Source of the DNA: a bacterium
Lineage (GTDB): Bacteria; JAHJDO01
DNA length: 64,000 nucleotides
Assembly (NCBI GenBank): GCA_043824255.1
Contig: JBDRTG010000005.1
Span: 24,650-88,649, forward strand
Direction: 5' to 3'
A model generated the notes under the pieces. It was not told the origin of the DNA. It saw nothing but the letters and a program-made list of their open reading frames with translations, and searched no databases. Positions 1 to 8,366 of this stretch are shown one piece after another. Within the stretch, counting starts at the first letter, position 1. Every line of letters begins with the position of its first letter. A program made the position numbers and the translations under genes.

Positions 1-1
1 A

Positions 2-613
2 ATGTTGCGAAAGACAATTTTATCTGGTCTTTTAAGTAAACACATTGGTGGTGCAGATGGGGCAAAAACCAAGACAGGTATTGTTTACAATGAAAACAGA
101 AAGAAAAGAGGAGAGTTGTCAGCATATACTTTTATTGAAGATAATATAGTCGTTGGTTCTGCACTAAATATTGTTGAATATGCAAAAAGAAACTTTAACA
201 ATCTAAACACTCAAGCAACATTAAACGATAAAACTGATGGGTATATTACATTGGAAAACAAAAACAATCTATTGCTTCGTCTATTGAGTAAATACTCCAG
301 CAATCTTGGATTTTCTTTGGCAACGTCTCCTGACCTAAATAAAATCAACAACCTCAAAATAAAGTTTGATGTTGTTGATCAGGACAGAATAAAGCTCTCC
401 TTTAATCTAATATCTTCTGACATCACTTCTCATGGACAAAACACGCTTCAGAACGATATAAAGTTTATATTGGACCTACTGAGCAGAATTTGCATGCGAA
501 AAAACATTGATTTCAGTTATAATCTTAAAGATAATTTAAACGTGGATATTGAGTTAAACAGTCTAGGAAAATACTGGAATAGCCTGACTGGAGTCTCGAA
601 TACAACGAATTAA
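2..613 (+). CDS. Hypothetical protein, probably the 3' part of a gene starting left of the window
   Basis: Open frame from the window edge to TAA at 611-613; no recognisable motif. Confidence 0.55.
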   Translation: MLRKTILSGLLSKHIGGADGAKTKTGIVYNENRKKRGELSAYTFIEDNIVVGSALNIVEYAKRNFNNLNTQATLNDKTDGYITLENKNNLLLRLLSKYSSNLGFSLATSPDLNKINNLKIKFDVVDQDRIKLSFNLISSDITSHGQNTLQNDIKFILDLLSRICMRKNIDFSYNLKDNLNVDIELNSLGKYWNSLTGVSNTTN

Positions 614-670
614 GATTTCAATTGACTTATATATGTTGGTTGATATGATGTATCAATTTTTAAATTAATT

Positions 671-1495
671 GTGGATTTGTTAATGATAGGAAAAACGTTT
701 GGCAGATATTTAATTCAGAATATTATCAAGTCAGGTGGAGTGGCTCACATATACAAAGCAAGTGATTCTATAACAAATGATATAGTAGCAATTAAGATGC
801 TCCGGCAATCTGCTACAAGCCGCAGAGCAATAAAAGGATTCATCCAAGAAACTAAGATGCTAAAAAAGCTAAATCACCCAAATATAATTCGAGTAATGGA
901 TTTTGGGGAAAAAGATGGAATGCCTTATATGGTGATGGAATATATTAATGGGGAAGATCTAAAAAGGCTCCTGCTTTATAAAAAAACTAAAAAACTTCAG
1001 AGATATGATCTCATTTTACAGATAGGAAAAGGACTAGATTATCTCCATGAAAATAATATAATCCATCATGATATAAAGCCTGAAAATATTCTGGTTTCGG
1101 AAAATAATGAAGTAAAAATTATAGATTTTGGTCTGGCACGTTACAACAGGTTAAGTATCTTCACACGTAACCGCTTTATTGACGGCACACCTACATACAT
1201 GTCCCCTGAACAGATAAGAAAAAGACATACAGACAATAGAACAGACATATATTCTTATGGAATCACCATATATGAAATGCTAACCGGCAAAGTTCCCTAT
1301 CAAGCTAATGATAAAAACACAATTATGAGAGCTCACATTGATATACATATACAACCAAGATTAGTCTCTTATTACGATTCCAGCATACCAAAAAATATTG
1401 AAAATTGTGTGATGAAGGCAATAGAAACGAATCCAAATAAAAGGCATAGAACGGTGTCGGAAATGATCCTGGACTTTAGTAGAATTAAATTCTAA
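671..1495 (+). CDS. Hanks-type Ser/Thr protein kinase (stand-alone catalytic domain)
   Basis: VAIK, HPNI, HHDIKPEN, DFG, GTPTYMSPEQ and DIYSYG motifs; no TM or sensor domain. Confidence 0.93.
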   Translation: MDLLMIGKTFGRYLIQNIIKSGGVAHIYKASDSITNDIVAIKMLRQSATSRRAIKGFIQETKMLKKLNHPNIIRVMDFGEKDGMPYMVMEYINGEDLKRLLLYKKTKKLQRYDLILQIGKGLDYLHENNIIHHDIKPENILVSENNEVKIIDFGLARYNRLSIFTRNRFIDGTPTYMSPEQIRKRHTDNRTDIYSYGITIYEMLTGKVPYQANDKNTIMRAHIDIHIQPRLVSYYDSSIPKNIENCVMKAIETNPNKRHRTVSEMILDFSRIKF

Positions 1496-1509
1496 AAAGG
1501 GAGGCAGAT

Positions 1510-2673
1510 ATGAAAAAAAAGAATACGAAATTCATATTAGTTACTATGATCCTAATAATTGCTATTTACGTTGGATGGCAGGCATATTCTCTATTCCTTC
1601 AAAAAGACATTTCTAATCAGTATAAAAAAGCAGACATGTTTTATAATAAAGGCGATTTTGAAAAAGCAACGACTATTTATGCTGATCTGTTAAATAAAAG
1701 TCAAAAGTATAAATTTACATCCAAAGAAAAACAGGCAGAACTTGTTTATAGACTTGCTATATGCAACAAAAAAATGGGGAATTTGGAAAATACTGAGACT
1801 CTTCTCGGCAGGATTACAGACCAGTTCAAAAATTCAGAATATATTGACGAAACACTACTTGAACTGGGTGAATTGGCACAGACAAAAGGTGATCTTAAAA
1901 AAGCAGAGACCCTATATGACAGGATATTAAACGAACATCCTAACAGTAACATCTTTTTTAATGCTCTGTATGCCAAAGCTCGCGTTTATAAACTGCAAGG
2001 TAAACTCTTAGATGCTCTCTCTCTACTCGAGAGGGTTACTCTGAAGTCTGATAGTGATGAATTAAAAAATACAGCATACAAAGAGATTGGGGACATAAAC
2101 GTAAGGCTCATCTTCTCTCCTATTCCTACAAAAGATAGTGTAATTTACAAGGTAAAAGCTGGAGATATTCTCAGTTCAATTGCTAAACAATTTAATACTA
2201 CGATTGATTTGATTAAAAAAAGCAATAAGCTGAAAAATGATGCAATAAGACCTGGCAAGAGACTAAAAATAACTTCCGGATCCGGCTTCTATATTGAGGT
2301 GTATACAAAGTCTAATAAGCTTATCTTGAAAAACAATGGGAAGCCTGTAAAAGCATACACAGTAGCTACTGGAACTCATGACGGCACACCTCTGGGAAAT
2401 TTTAAAATAGTAAATAAGCTTAAAAATCCACCTTGGTATACCGCAGGCACTAGAGTTCCCGCAGATAGCCCCAAAAATGTGCTCGGTACCCGTTGGATGG
2501 GAATATCTGAGAAAGGATATGGAATACACGGAACAATAGATCCTGCCAGCATCGGAAAACAATCTACAGAAGGCTGCATAAGAATGTATAATAAGGACGT
2601 AGAAGAGTTGTTTGACCTTGTGCCCATTGGAATACCTGTAACTATAATTAAGACACAGGGAGACAAAAAATGA
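1510..2673 (+). CDS. Membrane-anchored TPR + LysM + L,D-transpeptidase (YkuD) protein
   Basis: N-terminal TM segment, TPR-like helices, LysM (YKVKAGDILSSIAK), YkuD motif GIHGT...STEGCIRM. Confidence 0.9.
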   Translation: MKKKNTKFILVTMILIIAIYVGWQAYSLFLQKDISNQYKKADMFYNKGDFEKATTIYADLLNKSQKYKFTSKEKQAELVYRLAICNKKMGNLENTETLLGRITDQFKNSEYIDETLLELGELAQTKGDLKKAETLYDRILNEHPNSNIFFNALYAKARVYKLQGKLLDALSLLERVTLKSDSDELKNTAYKEIGDINVRLIFSPIPTKDSVIYKVKAGDILSSIAKQFNTTIDLIKKSNKLKNDAIRPGKRLKITSGSGFYIEVYTKSNKLILKNNGKPVKAYTVATGTHDGTPLGNFKIVNKLKNPPWYTAGTRVPADSPKNVLGTRWMGISEKGYGIHGTIDPASIGKQSTEGCIRMYNKDVEELFDLVPIGIPVTIIKTQGDKK

Positions 2674-3629
2674 CGACAAATGGTCTTGAATTTGAGAAGC
2701 CTATCATAGAGCTGGAGAAAAGGATAGAAGAGTTAAAAGCCTTTGCTTCTACAGAAAATATAGATTTTTCAGATGAGATAAAAGTACTTGAGAAAAAGGC
2801 ACTTGAAACGAAAAAAAGAATATACCAGAATCTTACAGCATGGCAAAGAATGCAGATTGCCCGTCATCCTGACAGACCATATACTCTGGACTATATTAAT
2901 GCCCTTATGAAAAATTTTATCGAGCTTCATGGCGATAGATCATTTGCTGATGACCAGGCAATAATAGGAGGATTGGCTAGCTTTCAAGATAAAACGGTTA
3001 TGGTGATTGGTCACCAGAAAGGCAGAAATACAAAAGAGAACCTTAACAGAAACTTCGGGATGCCTCATCCTGAGGGTTATAGAAAAATGTTAAGATTAAT
3101 GAAAACAGCTGAAAAATTTTTCATTCCAATCATTTCTTTTATTGACACTCCAGGTGCCTATCCGGGTATTGGAGCAGAAGAAAGAGGACAGGCAGAGGCA
3201 ATTGCGCACAACTTAAAAGAAATGGCCCATCTTCAAGTACCTACGATTGTTATAATTACTGGAGAAGGCGGTAGTGGAGGAGCACTGGCGATTGGATTAG
3301 GAAATAAAGTTTTTATGCTGGAGAATGCTGTCTACTTTGTATGCACTCCTGAAGCATGCGGCGCGATCCTCTGGAAAGACAGAACTAAAGCTCCTGAAGC
3401 TGCAGAAGCGCTTTGCATAACAGCATCGGATTTGAAAAAATTTAAAGTTATTGACGCAATAATACCTGAACCAGTTGGCGGAGTGCATAGAAATCCATCC
3501 GAAGTAACCGAGAATATCAGGAATACGTTAAAAACCTGTTTAAGTGAACTAGCTAAACTTTCTCCTGAAGAAATTAGTAATCAAAGGTACGAAAAATACA
3601 GAAAAATAGGCAAGTTTTTAGAGAAGTAG
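2670..3629 (+). CDS. accA: Acetyl-CoA carboxylase carboxyltransferase subunit alpha
   Basis: LEFEKPI, ARHPDRP, FGMPHPEGYRK, DTPGAYPG, GEGGSGGA. Confidence 0.97.
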   Translation: MTTNGLEFEKPIIELEKRIEELKAFASTENIDFSDEIKVLEKKALETKKRIYQNLTAWQRMQIARHPDRPYTLDYINALMKNFIELHGDRSFADDQAIIGGLASFQDKTVMVIGHQKGRNTKENLNRNFGMPHPEGYRKMLRLMKTAEKFFIPIISFIDTPGAYPGIGAEERGQAEAIAHNLKEMAHLQVPTIVIITGEGGSGGALAIGLGNKVFMLENAVYFVCTPEACGAILWKDRTKAPEAAEALCITASDLKKFKVIDAIIPEPVGGVHRNPSEVTENIRNTLKTCLSELAKLSPEEISNQRYEKYRKIGKFLEK

Positions 3630-3657
3630 CAGTATAACCCCCCTTTTGTAACCTTCG

Positions 3658-3730
3658 TAGCCCCAAGGGGAATTGAACCCCTGTTCCATGGCTGAGAACC
3701 ACGTGTCCTGGTCCACTAGACGATGGGGCC
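3658..3730 (-). tRNA. tRNA-Glu (anticodon CTC)
   Basis: Reverse complement GGCCCCATCGTCTAGTGG...CGTGG-TT-CTC-AG-CCATG...GGTTCAATTCC...TGGGGCTA folds as a cloverleaf; CCA not encoded. Confidence 0.95.
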
Positions 3731-3734
3731 AGAG

Positions 3735-3805
3735 TTGCCCCGCAAGGACTCGAACCTCGACCAGATGATCCAGAATCATCCGTCCTACCATTAGACGACG
3801 GGGCA
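3735..3805 (-). tRNA. tRNA-Gln (anticodon CTG)
   Basis: Reverse complement TGCCCCGTCGTCTAATGGTAGGAC...ATGAT-TCTGG-ATCAT...GGTTCGAGTCC...CGGGGCAA; U1-A72 pair typical of tRNA-Gln. Confidence 0.95.
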
Positions 3806-3818
3806 AAATGCTGAGCCA

Positions 3819-3846
3819 ATTATAAAAAAACATTATATAAAGTCAA
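3819..3846 (-). promoter_or_regulatory. Sigma70-like promoter for the tRNA-Gln/tRNA-Glu pair
   Basis: TTGACT (3846-3841), 16-nt spacer, TATAAT (3824-3819) just upstream of tRNA-Gln. Confidence 0.6.
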
Positions 3847-3864
3847 GATTTAACTCTTAACTCC

Positions 3865-4587
3865 CTATATCCCTCTTGCTAAGGTATATACAAGAATTTC
3901 TCTTGCCCCAGCCTGCAATAAGACTCTGGAACATTCATTAACAGTTGCACCTGTTGTCATAACATCATCAACAAGTAAAATCCTTTTTCCATTTAGTTTT
4001 TGTTCATTCCTTACTGAAAACGCTCCCTTAACATTCTTAGTACGTTCTTTCAGAGAAAGGCCTGTTTGTGAAGGAGTTGCTTTCGTTCTCTTTAAACTAG
4101 TTTTTGACAATGGTATATTGAACTTCTTACTAATCTTTTCCCCTATTAGTTCAGCCTGATTAAATCCTCTGGAATATTCTCGTATCCAATGGAGGGGTAC
4201 AGGAACAATTAAATCGCAGCTAAGGAAATCAAGACTATTTGGCAATAAAAACACCTCAAACAACGCGTTTAAGAGATACGTCTTTTTCTTATATTTTAAA
4301 AAATGTATACACTCCTTTACTGAGCTATCATATATTCCGCTAGCGCGTGCTTTTGAGAAACAAAACTGTTTCTCTCTGCATATTCCACAAATACCATTTA
4401 TAAAAGGCCTACCACATTTATTGCAAACCTTTCCAGTAATAGGTATTATGTTTTTCTTGCATGCATCACAAAGATAGGTATCAGTCTGATATGAAAGCTG
4501 TTTTTTGCATATTAGGCAATAAACCGGGAAAACAAGATTAACAATAAATTTGAACAGTTTGTTTAATTGCTCTACAAAAAGTTTCAT
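3865..4587 (-). CDS. ComF family protein (zinc ribbon + phosphoribosyltransferase fold)
   Basis: Several CxxC motifs, PVPLH, RGFNQAE, LLVDDVMTTGAT. Confidence 0.92.
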   Translation of the reverse strand: MKLFVEQLNKLFKFIVNLVFPVYCLICKKQLSYQTDTYLCDACKKNIIPITGKVCNKCGRPFINGICGICREKQFCFSKARASGIYDSSVKECIHFLKYKKKTYLLNALFEVFLLPNSLDFLSCDLIVPVPLHWIREYSRGFNQAELIGEKISKKFNIPLSKTSLKRTKATPSQTGLSLKERTKNVKGAFSVRNEQKLNGKRILLVDDVMTTGATVNECSRVLLQAGAREILVYTLARGI

Positions 4588-4611
4588 TCAGATGAGATTA
4601 AATTCCAATCA

Positions 4612-5031
4612 TCAAATCTCATAAAGATTTAACCCTATTTCATCACTAAATTTTCTGTCAATTTCACCCTCTATTATATCAATAACAGCTTCAAAGGTTG
4701 CACTAACAATTGCAGAATTCAAATGACCTCCAAAAGAATTGTGTTTTGAGTTACATAAATTAACGTGAATATGCAAATATATTTCTCCATTCATTGTTGA
4801 AATATTTCCATAAAGAGACGTAATCTCATGATTTCCAACCAGCTCTTTTGAATGATACTTTTTTGTTTCTACACTAAAAAGTCCAATTACAGCTTTATTT
4901 GTTGCTCCAATACCGCTAACTGTGCCCAGTTTTATATCATTCTTCCTACAAAATTGTTTTAACATTTCAACAATTTCTTCACCTTTGTCTAATCTCAATA
5001 TAAACTTATTCTTAAATCGTTTAGATTTCAT
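4612..5031 (-). CDS. PPC-domain (DUF296) protein
   Basis: RLDKGEEI, SGIGA, EITSLYGNI, YLHIH, GGHL. Confidence 0.88.
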   Translation of the reverse strand: MKSKRFKNKFILRLDKGEEIVEMLKQFCRKNDIKLGTVSGIGATNKAVIGLFSVETKKYHSKELVGNHEITSLYGNISTMNGEIYLHIHVNLCNSKHNSFGGHLNSAIVSATFEAVIDIIEGEIDRKFSDEIGLNLYEI

Positions 5032-5070
5032 ATTAAAAACCTTAGTTATTTATTACGTCAATCTTCAAAC

Positions 5071-5103
5071 AGAAAAGCCTGCTATCACCAGGACAGCAGG
5101 CTT
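5071..5103 (-). terminator. Intrinsic terminator downstream of MC1 copy 1
   Basis: AAGCCTGCT-N11-AGCAGGCTT stem (5075-5103) running into a short T-tract on the minus strand. Confidence 0.65.
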
Positions 5104-5129
5104 CTTACTGCTTTGAAAGAAACAACCTA

Positions 5130-5435
5130 TTATATTTTGTCTAATTTTTCAACACGAAGTTTCTTTACCATGGGTTTGTTAATCTTATCCGGCATCCAGG
5201 CAGGTGCATTAGCGGGTTTAGCAACCTTCTGTACTGAACCTTTAAATATATGCAGTCTCCATTTGCCATCTTTCTTCTGCCCATGTTCTCTGAGCTTGAT
5301 CAGACCATCGCTATCTTTCAATCCTCTGGAAGCAGCCTTTAGAGCAGCCTGTCTTGCTCCTTTTCCCTTGAATACGTTATCTTCCTTTTTGCCTATTCTC
5401 AATGAATAGAGCTTTGCTTCTGCTTTCTTTGCCAT
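5130..5435 (-). CDS. MC1-family non-histone chromosomal (nucleoid) protein, copy 1
   Basis: VFKGK..RQAALKAA.RG, IKLREHG, HIFKG, PAWMP and KP.VKK match the archaeal MC1 signature; very Lys-rich; AGGAGG RBS. Confidence 0.9.
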   Translation of the reverse strand: MAKKAEAKLYSLRIGKKEDNVFKGKGARQAALKAASRGLKDSDGLIKLREHGQKKDGKWRLHIFKGSVQKVAKPANAPAWMPDKINKPMVKKLRVEKLDKI

Positions 5436-5467
5436 TGTATCACCTCCTTGTTTTTGCCATTTTCCCT

Positions 5468-5497
5468 ATTATAATCCAAAGTTTCTACAAAATGCAA
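5468..5497 (-). promoter_or_regulatory. Sigma70-like promoter of MC1 copy 1
   Basis: TTGCAT (5497-5492), 18 nt, TATAAT (5473-5468); same architecture as copy 2. Confidence 0.65.
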
Positions 5498-5530
5498 ATA
5501 AAAAATCGCTATGCTCAGATAACCTTAAAG

Positions 5531-5604
5531 TCGGGGCGAGTGGATTCGAACCACCGACCTCCACGTCCCGAACGTGGCGCGCTACCAAGCTGCGCTACGC
5601 CCCG
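5531..5604 (-). tRNA. tRNA-Pro (anticodon CGG)
   Basis: Reverse complement CGGGGCGTAGCGCAGCTTGGTAGCGCG-CCACG-TT-CGG-GA-CGTGG...GGTTCGAATCC...CGCCCCGA. Confidence 0.96.
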
Positions 5605-5607
5605 CAT

Positions 5608-5656
5608 AGGCTGCCTTCGGCAGCAATTATCAATTTTAAATTCTTAATTCTTAATT
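5608..5656. repeat. Dispersed intergenic repeat (GCTGCC-N3-GGCAGC hairpin + AT-rich heptamers), copy 1
   Basis: 43/49 nt identical to 35224-35272 by hand alignment. Confidence 0.7.
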
Positions 5657-6261
5657 GCAAATTTAAGTATCAAAAATCCTGCTATTAAAAGAATAGTAAA
5701 CAGAATTGTTAAAAGATTAAAATATTTATTTATGAATTTTTTAACAGATTCTCCAAAAATCTTTATCAATCCACCTACAATAAAAAATCTTAACCCTCTT
5801 CCTAATACTGATGATATAATGAAAACAATAAAACTAATTTTACAAACGCCTGCAGCAATTGTAAAAATCTTATATGGAATAGGTGTGAAACCTGAGACAA
5901 ATACCGCCAAAAAGGCATTATCGTTATATAAATCTTTTACATAGTTAAAAGATTCAGGGGTAAATCCAGGAATATATTTAAAAAAGAAATTGCTTGTATA
6001 CTCCCATATCTTCATACCTATAAAATATCCGCATATTCCGCCTAATACAGAACCGATTGTTGTTATGAGACTATACAGTAGGGCTTTTGCTGGCTTTGAT
6101 ACACAAAGAGCTATTAATAGAACATCCGGAGGCACAGGAAAACAAGAGGATTCTGTAAAAGCTAATGTAAATAACGCTGGAATTGAATACCTTGAATTAG
6201 CCCAGCTCAATACCCAGTTATATAATCTTCTAATAATATCTCTGCTCACTATTCCATCCAT
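5644..6261 (-). CDS. YqaA/DedA (VTT) family membrane protein
   Basis: FTESSCFPVPPDVLL, TPIPYKIFTI, GRGLRFF; follows pcm. Confidence 0.9.
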   Translation of the reverse strand: MDGIVSRDIIRRLYNWVLSWANSRYSIPALFTLAFTESSCFPVPPDVLLIALCVSKPAKALLYSLITTIGSVLGGICGYFIGMKIWEYTSNFFFKYIPGFTPESFNYVKDLYNDNAFLAVFVSGFTPIPYKIFTIAAGVCKISFIVFIISSVLGRGLRFFIVGGLIKIFGESVKKFINKYFNLLTILFTILLIAGFLILKFAIKN

Positions 6262-6889
6262 ATTTACCTATCAAGGGAACAAACATACATCCGCAGATAT
6301 TTTGGGTTTTTATTTTTTTATTGATTTTTGAAACAACAACAAGTTCTTGAGAAAAGGAATTACCTACAGGAATAACTATTCTACCCCCCTCTGATAATTG
6401 ATCTATAAGAACTTGCGAAACTTTAGGAGCTCCAGCTGTTACCATTATTCCATCATAGGGAGCATTCTCATGCCAACCAAGAGTTCCATCTCCTACCTTA
6501 AATTTTATGTTTTTATACCCTAAATGTTTAAGTATTCTCTGCGCACCTATAGATAATGTGCTAATTCTCTCTATTGTATAAACAGAAAAACCTAATTTTG
6601 CCAGGATTGCTGCCTGATATCCTGAGCCTGTGCCTAATTCCAAAATTTTTTCTCCACCACTAAGCTTCAAACATTCGCTCATCAAAGCAACCATATACGG
6701 CTGGGATATAGTTTGAGATTCTCCTATAGAAAGCGGCTGATCAGTATATGCAATTGAGATGATTTCTGAAGGGACAAAGAGATGTCTTGGCACCTTGCTC
6801 ATAGCATCAAGAACACGCTTATCTTTGATTCCCCTACGCGTTAGCTGAATGTCCACCATATCAAGCCGTTTGTCCGTATAATCTTTCAT
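6230..6889 (-). CDS. pcm: Protein-L-isoaspartate(D-aspartate) O-methyltransferase
   Basis: VPRHLFVP, QTISQPYMV, LELGTGSGYQAA, GDGTLGW, APYD, FVPLIG. Confidence 0.96.
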   Translation of the reverse strand: MKDYTDKRLDMVDIQLTRRGIKDKRVLDAMSKVPRHLFVPSEIISIAYTDQPLSIGESQTISQPYMVALMSECLKLSGGEKILELGTGSGYQAAILAKLGFSVYTIERISTLSIGAQRILKHLGYKNIKFKVGDGTLGWHENAPYDGIMVTAGAPKVSQVLIDQLSEGGRIVIPVGNSFSQELVVVSKINKKIKTQNICGCMFVPLIGKYGWNSEQRYY

Positions 6890-7671
6890 GATATCTTTAA
6901 TATGTCACTAAGTATATTCTCTATTATTGGGCTTAAGTCTAACTCAGGTTCTTTTAATGTTCCCTTTATAATGAAGCTCAGGTCAATATTGCCCTTTTTC
7001 GCTCTTACATAATTAATAATGTCTCTATAAGTAAGCCCAATAAAAACTTGTCTGCCTAAATCCTGCTCCTTTTTTATACTTAAAGATAAGTCTTTTGTTA
7101 ATATATGCTGAGAAAAGTCAAGTTTGCCTTTTTCACATGTGCCAATTAATGAAATGTCTACTGTCCCCTCTTTAACATAAATAGGAGCACCGGCATAGTA
7201 CTGCCCAATATGTGTTATATCTATATTAGAACATTTTGTTTCCAAAAAGAAATCTCCTTTTGAACTTCTGAGATCAACATTTCCCCTCAAATCTGTCTTA
7301 ATATGTTTTTTGTAACTGAAATCAATATTTGCAAAAAATTTTGTTGGCTGGCTAGAAAGATAAAGAATGTTCTTTATTGCTGAAGTCATATTTATTTTGA
7401 TAAAAATATTCTCGACACTAGCATGAAGCTTACTATCTGTTATACATCTATCAAGAAATATGTTTTTAAAAACAACTTCCCCTTTTATTATATCTACATG
7501 GGGCTTGTGCATCTTTATGTTACAGTTAAACGTACTCTCACATATACTCCTAACCTTATAATACATTATGTTAGACACCACTGTATTTAGCATTAGTATG
7601 ACTACGAACAGTACAACTATAGCCCCAGTGAGAATTAAAACCCATGGTCGGATAAACTTGTTTTTTCTCAT
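6886..7671 (-). CDS. Membrane-anchored beta-rich hypothetical protein (AsmA/DUF748-like)
   Basis: N-terminal TM helix; C-terminal IDLSFIIKGTLKEP motif resembles AsmA/DUF748 ends. Confidence 0.55.
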   Translation of the reverse strand: MRKNKFIRPWVLILTGAIVVLFVVILMLNTVVSNIMYYKVRSICESTFNCNIKMHKPHVDIIKGEVVFKNIFLDRCITDSKLHASVENIFIKINMTSAIKNILYLSSQPTKFFANIDFSYKKHIKTDLRGNVDLRSSKGDFFLETKCSNIDITHIGQYYAGAPIYVKEGTVDISLIGTCEKGKLDFSQHILTKDLSLSIKKEQDLGRQVFIGLTYRDIINYVRAKKGNIDLSFIIKGTLKEPELDLSPIIENILSDILKIS

Positions 7672-8366
7672 CTTAAAAATATGCTGGATAGTATAAGCCT
7701 TATGAATTTCAGAGTATCTTTTAGCGGCCTTATTTTGCTCCGGGCGTTTGGTAAATATACTGTTTTTATGGGAATCTCTTTTATTCTAAATCCTTTTCTG
7801 CCCGCTTTTATCAATACTTCAGATTCTGTTTCAAAATTACTTGTTAATAGATTAATATTTCTCAATACCTCTGTTCTAATAAGCCTATAACCGGACTGAG
7901 TATCACTAATCCTGCAAGAAAGGAATAGTGAAGTAAAAAAGGATGTTATTCTATTTGTATACAATCGTACAAATGGCATATTTCTGGTGTCGCTCATCCT
8001 GTTACCTACAACTATATCAGCGCTATTCTTCTTAAATTCCTCTATAAACTTTGGAAGTTCTGTATAATCGTGCTGTCTGTCTGCATCCATAGTTATTAAA
8101 GCGCTAAACCTTTTTCTTTCAATATAGGAAAAACCTGTTCTTAGAGCTGCTCCTTTACCTTGATTGCTTACATGCTTTATAACTATAGCTCCGCCATCCA
8201 GTGCTCTCTGAGAGGTATCATCTGTTGACCCATCATCCACTACCATGACATCCTTAACTACTTTTTTAATATCCTTTATCAAATTGCAGATATGTTCTTC
8301 CTCATTGAAGCATGGCAATAAAACACAAATATTGCTTCTGGGTTTAATATTTGATATTTGTTTAAT
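7668..8366 (-). CDS. Family 2 glycosyltransferase (polyprenol-phosphate glycosyltransferase-like); true start lies upstream of the called TTG at 8318, probably ATT at 8366
   Basis: ICVLLPCFNEE, VDDGSTD, NQGKGAAL, TMDADRQH, DTQSGYR; frame stays open back to the TAA of the upstream gene. Confidence 0.85.
   Translation of the reverse strand: MKQISNIKPRSNICVLLPCFNEEEHICNLIKDIKKVVKDVMVVDDGSTDDTSQRALDGGAIVIKHVSNQGKGAALRTGFSYIERKRFSALITMDADRQHDYTELPKFIEEFKKNSADIVVGNRMSDTRNMPFVRLYTNRITSFFTSLFLSCRISDTQSGYRLIRTEVLRNINLLTSNFETESEVLIKAGRKGFRIKEIPIKTVYLPNARSKIRPLKDTLKFIRLILSSIFLR

Noticed and set aside
3574..3833. ORFs 3574-3819 and 3618-3833 (also 5402-5647)
   Set aside because: They overlap tRNA genes and are translation artefacts
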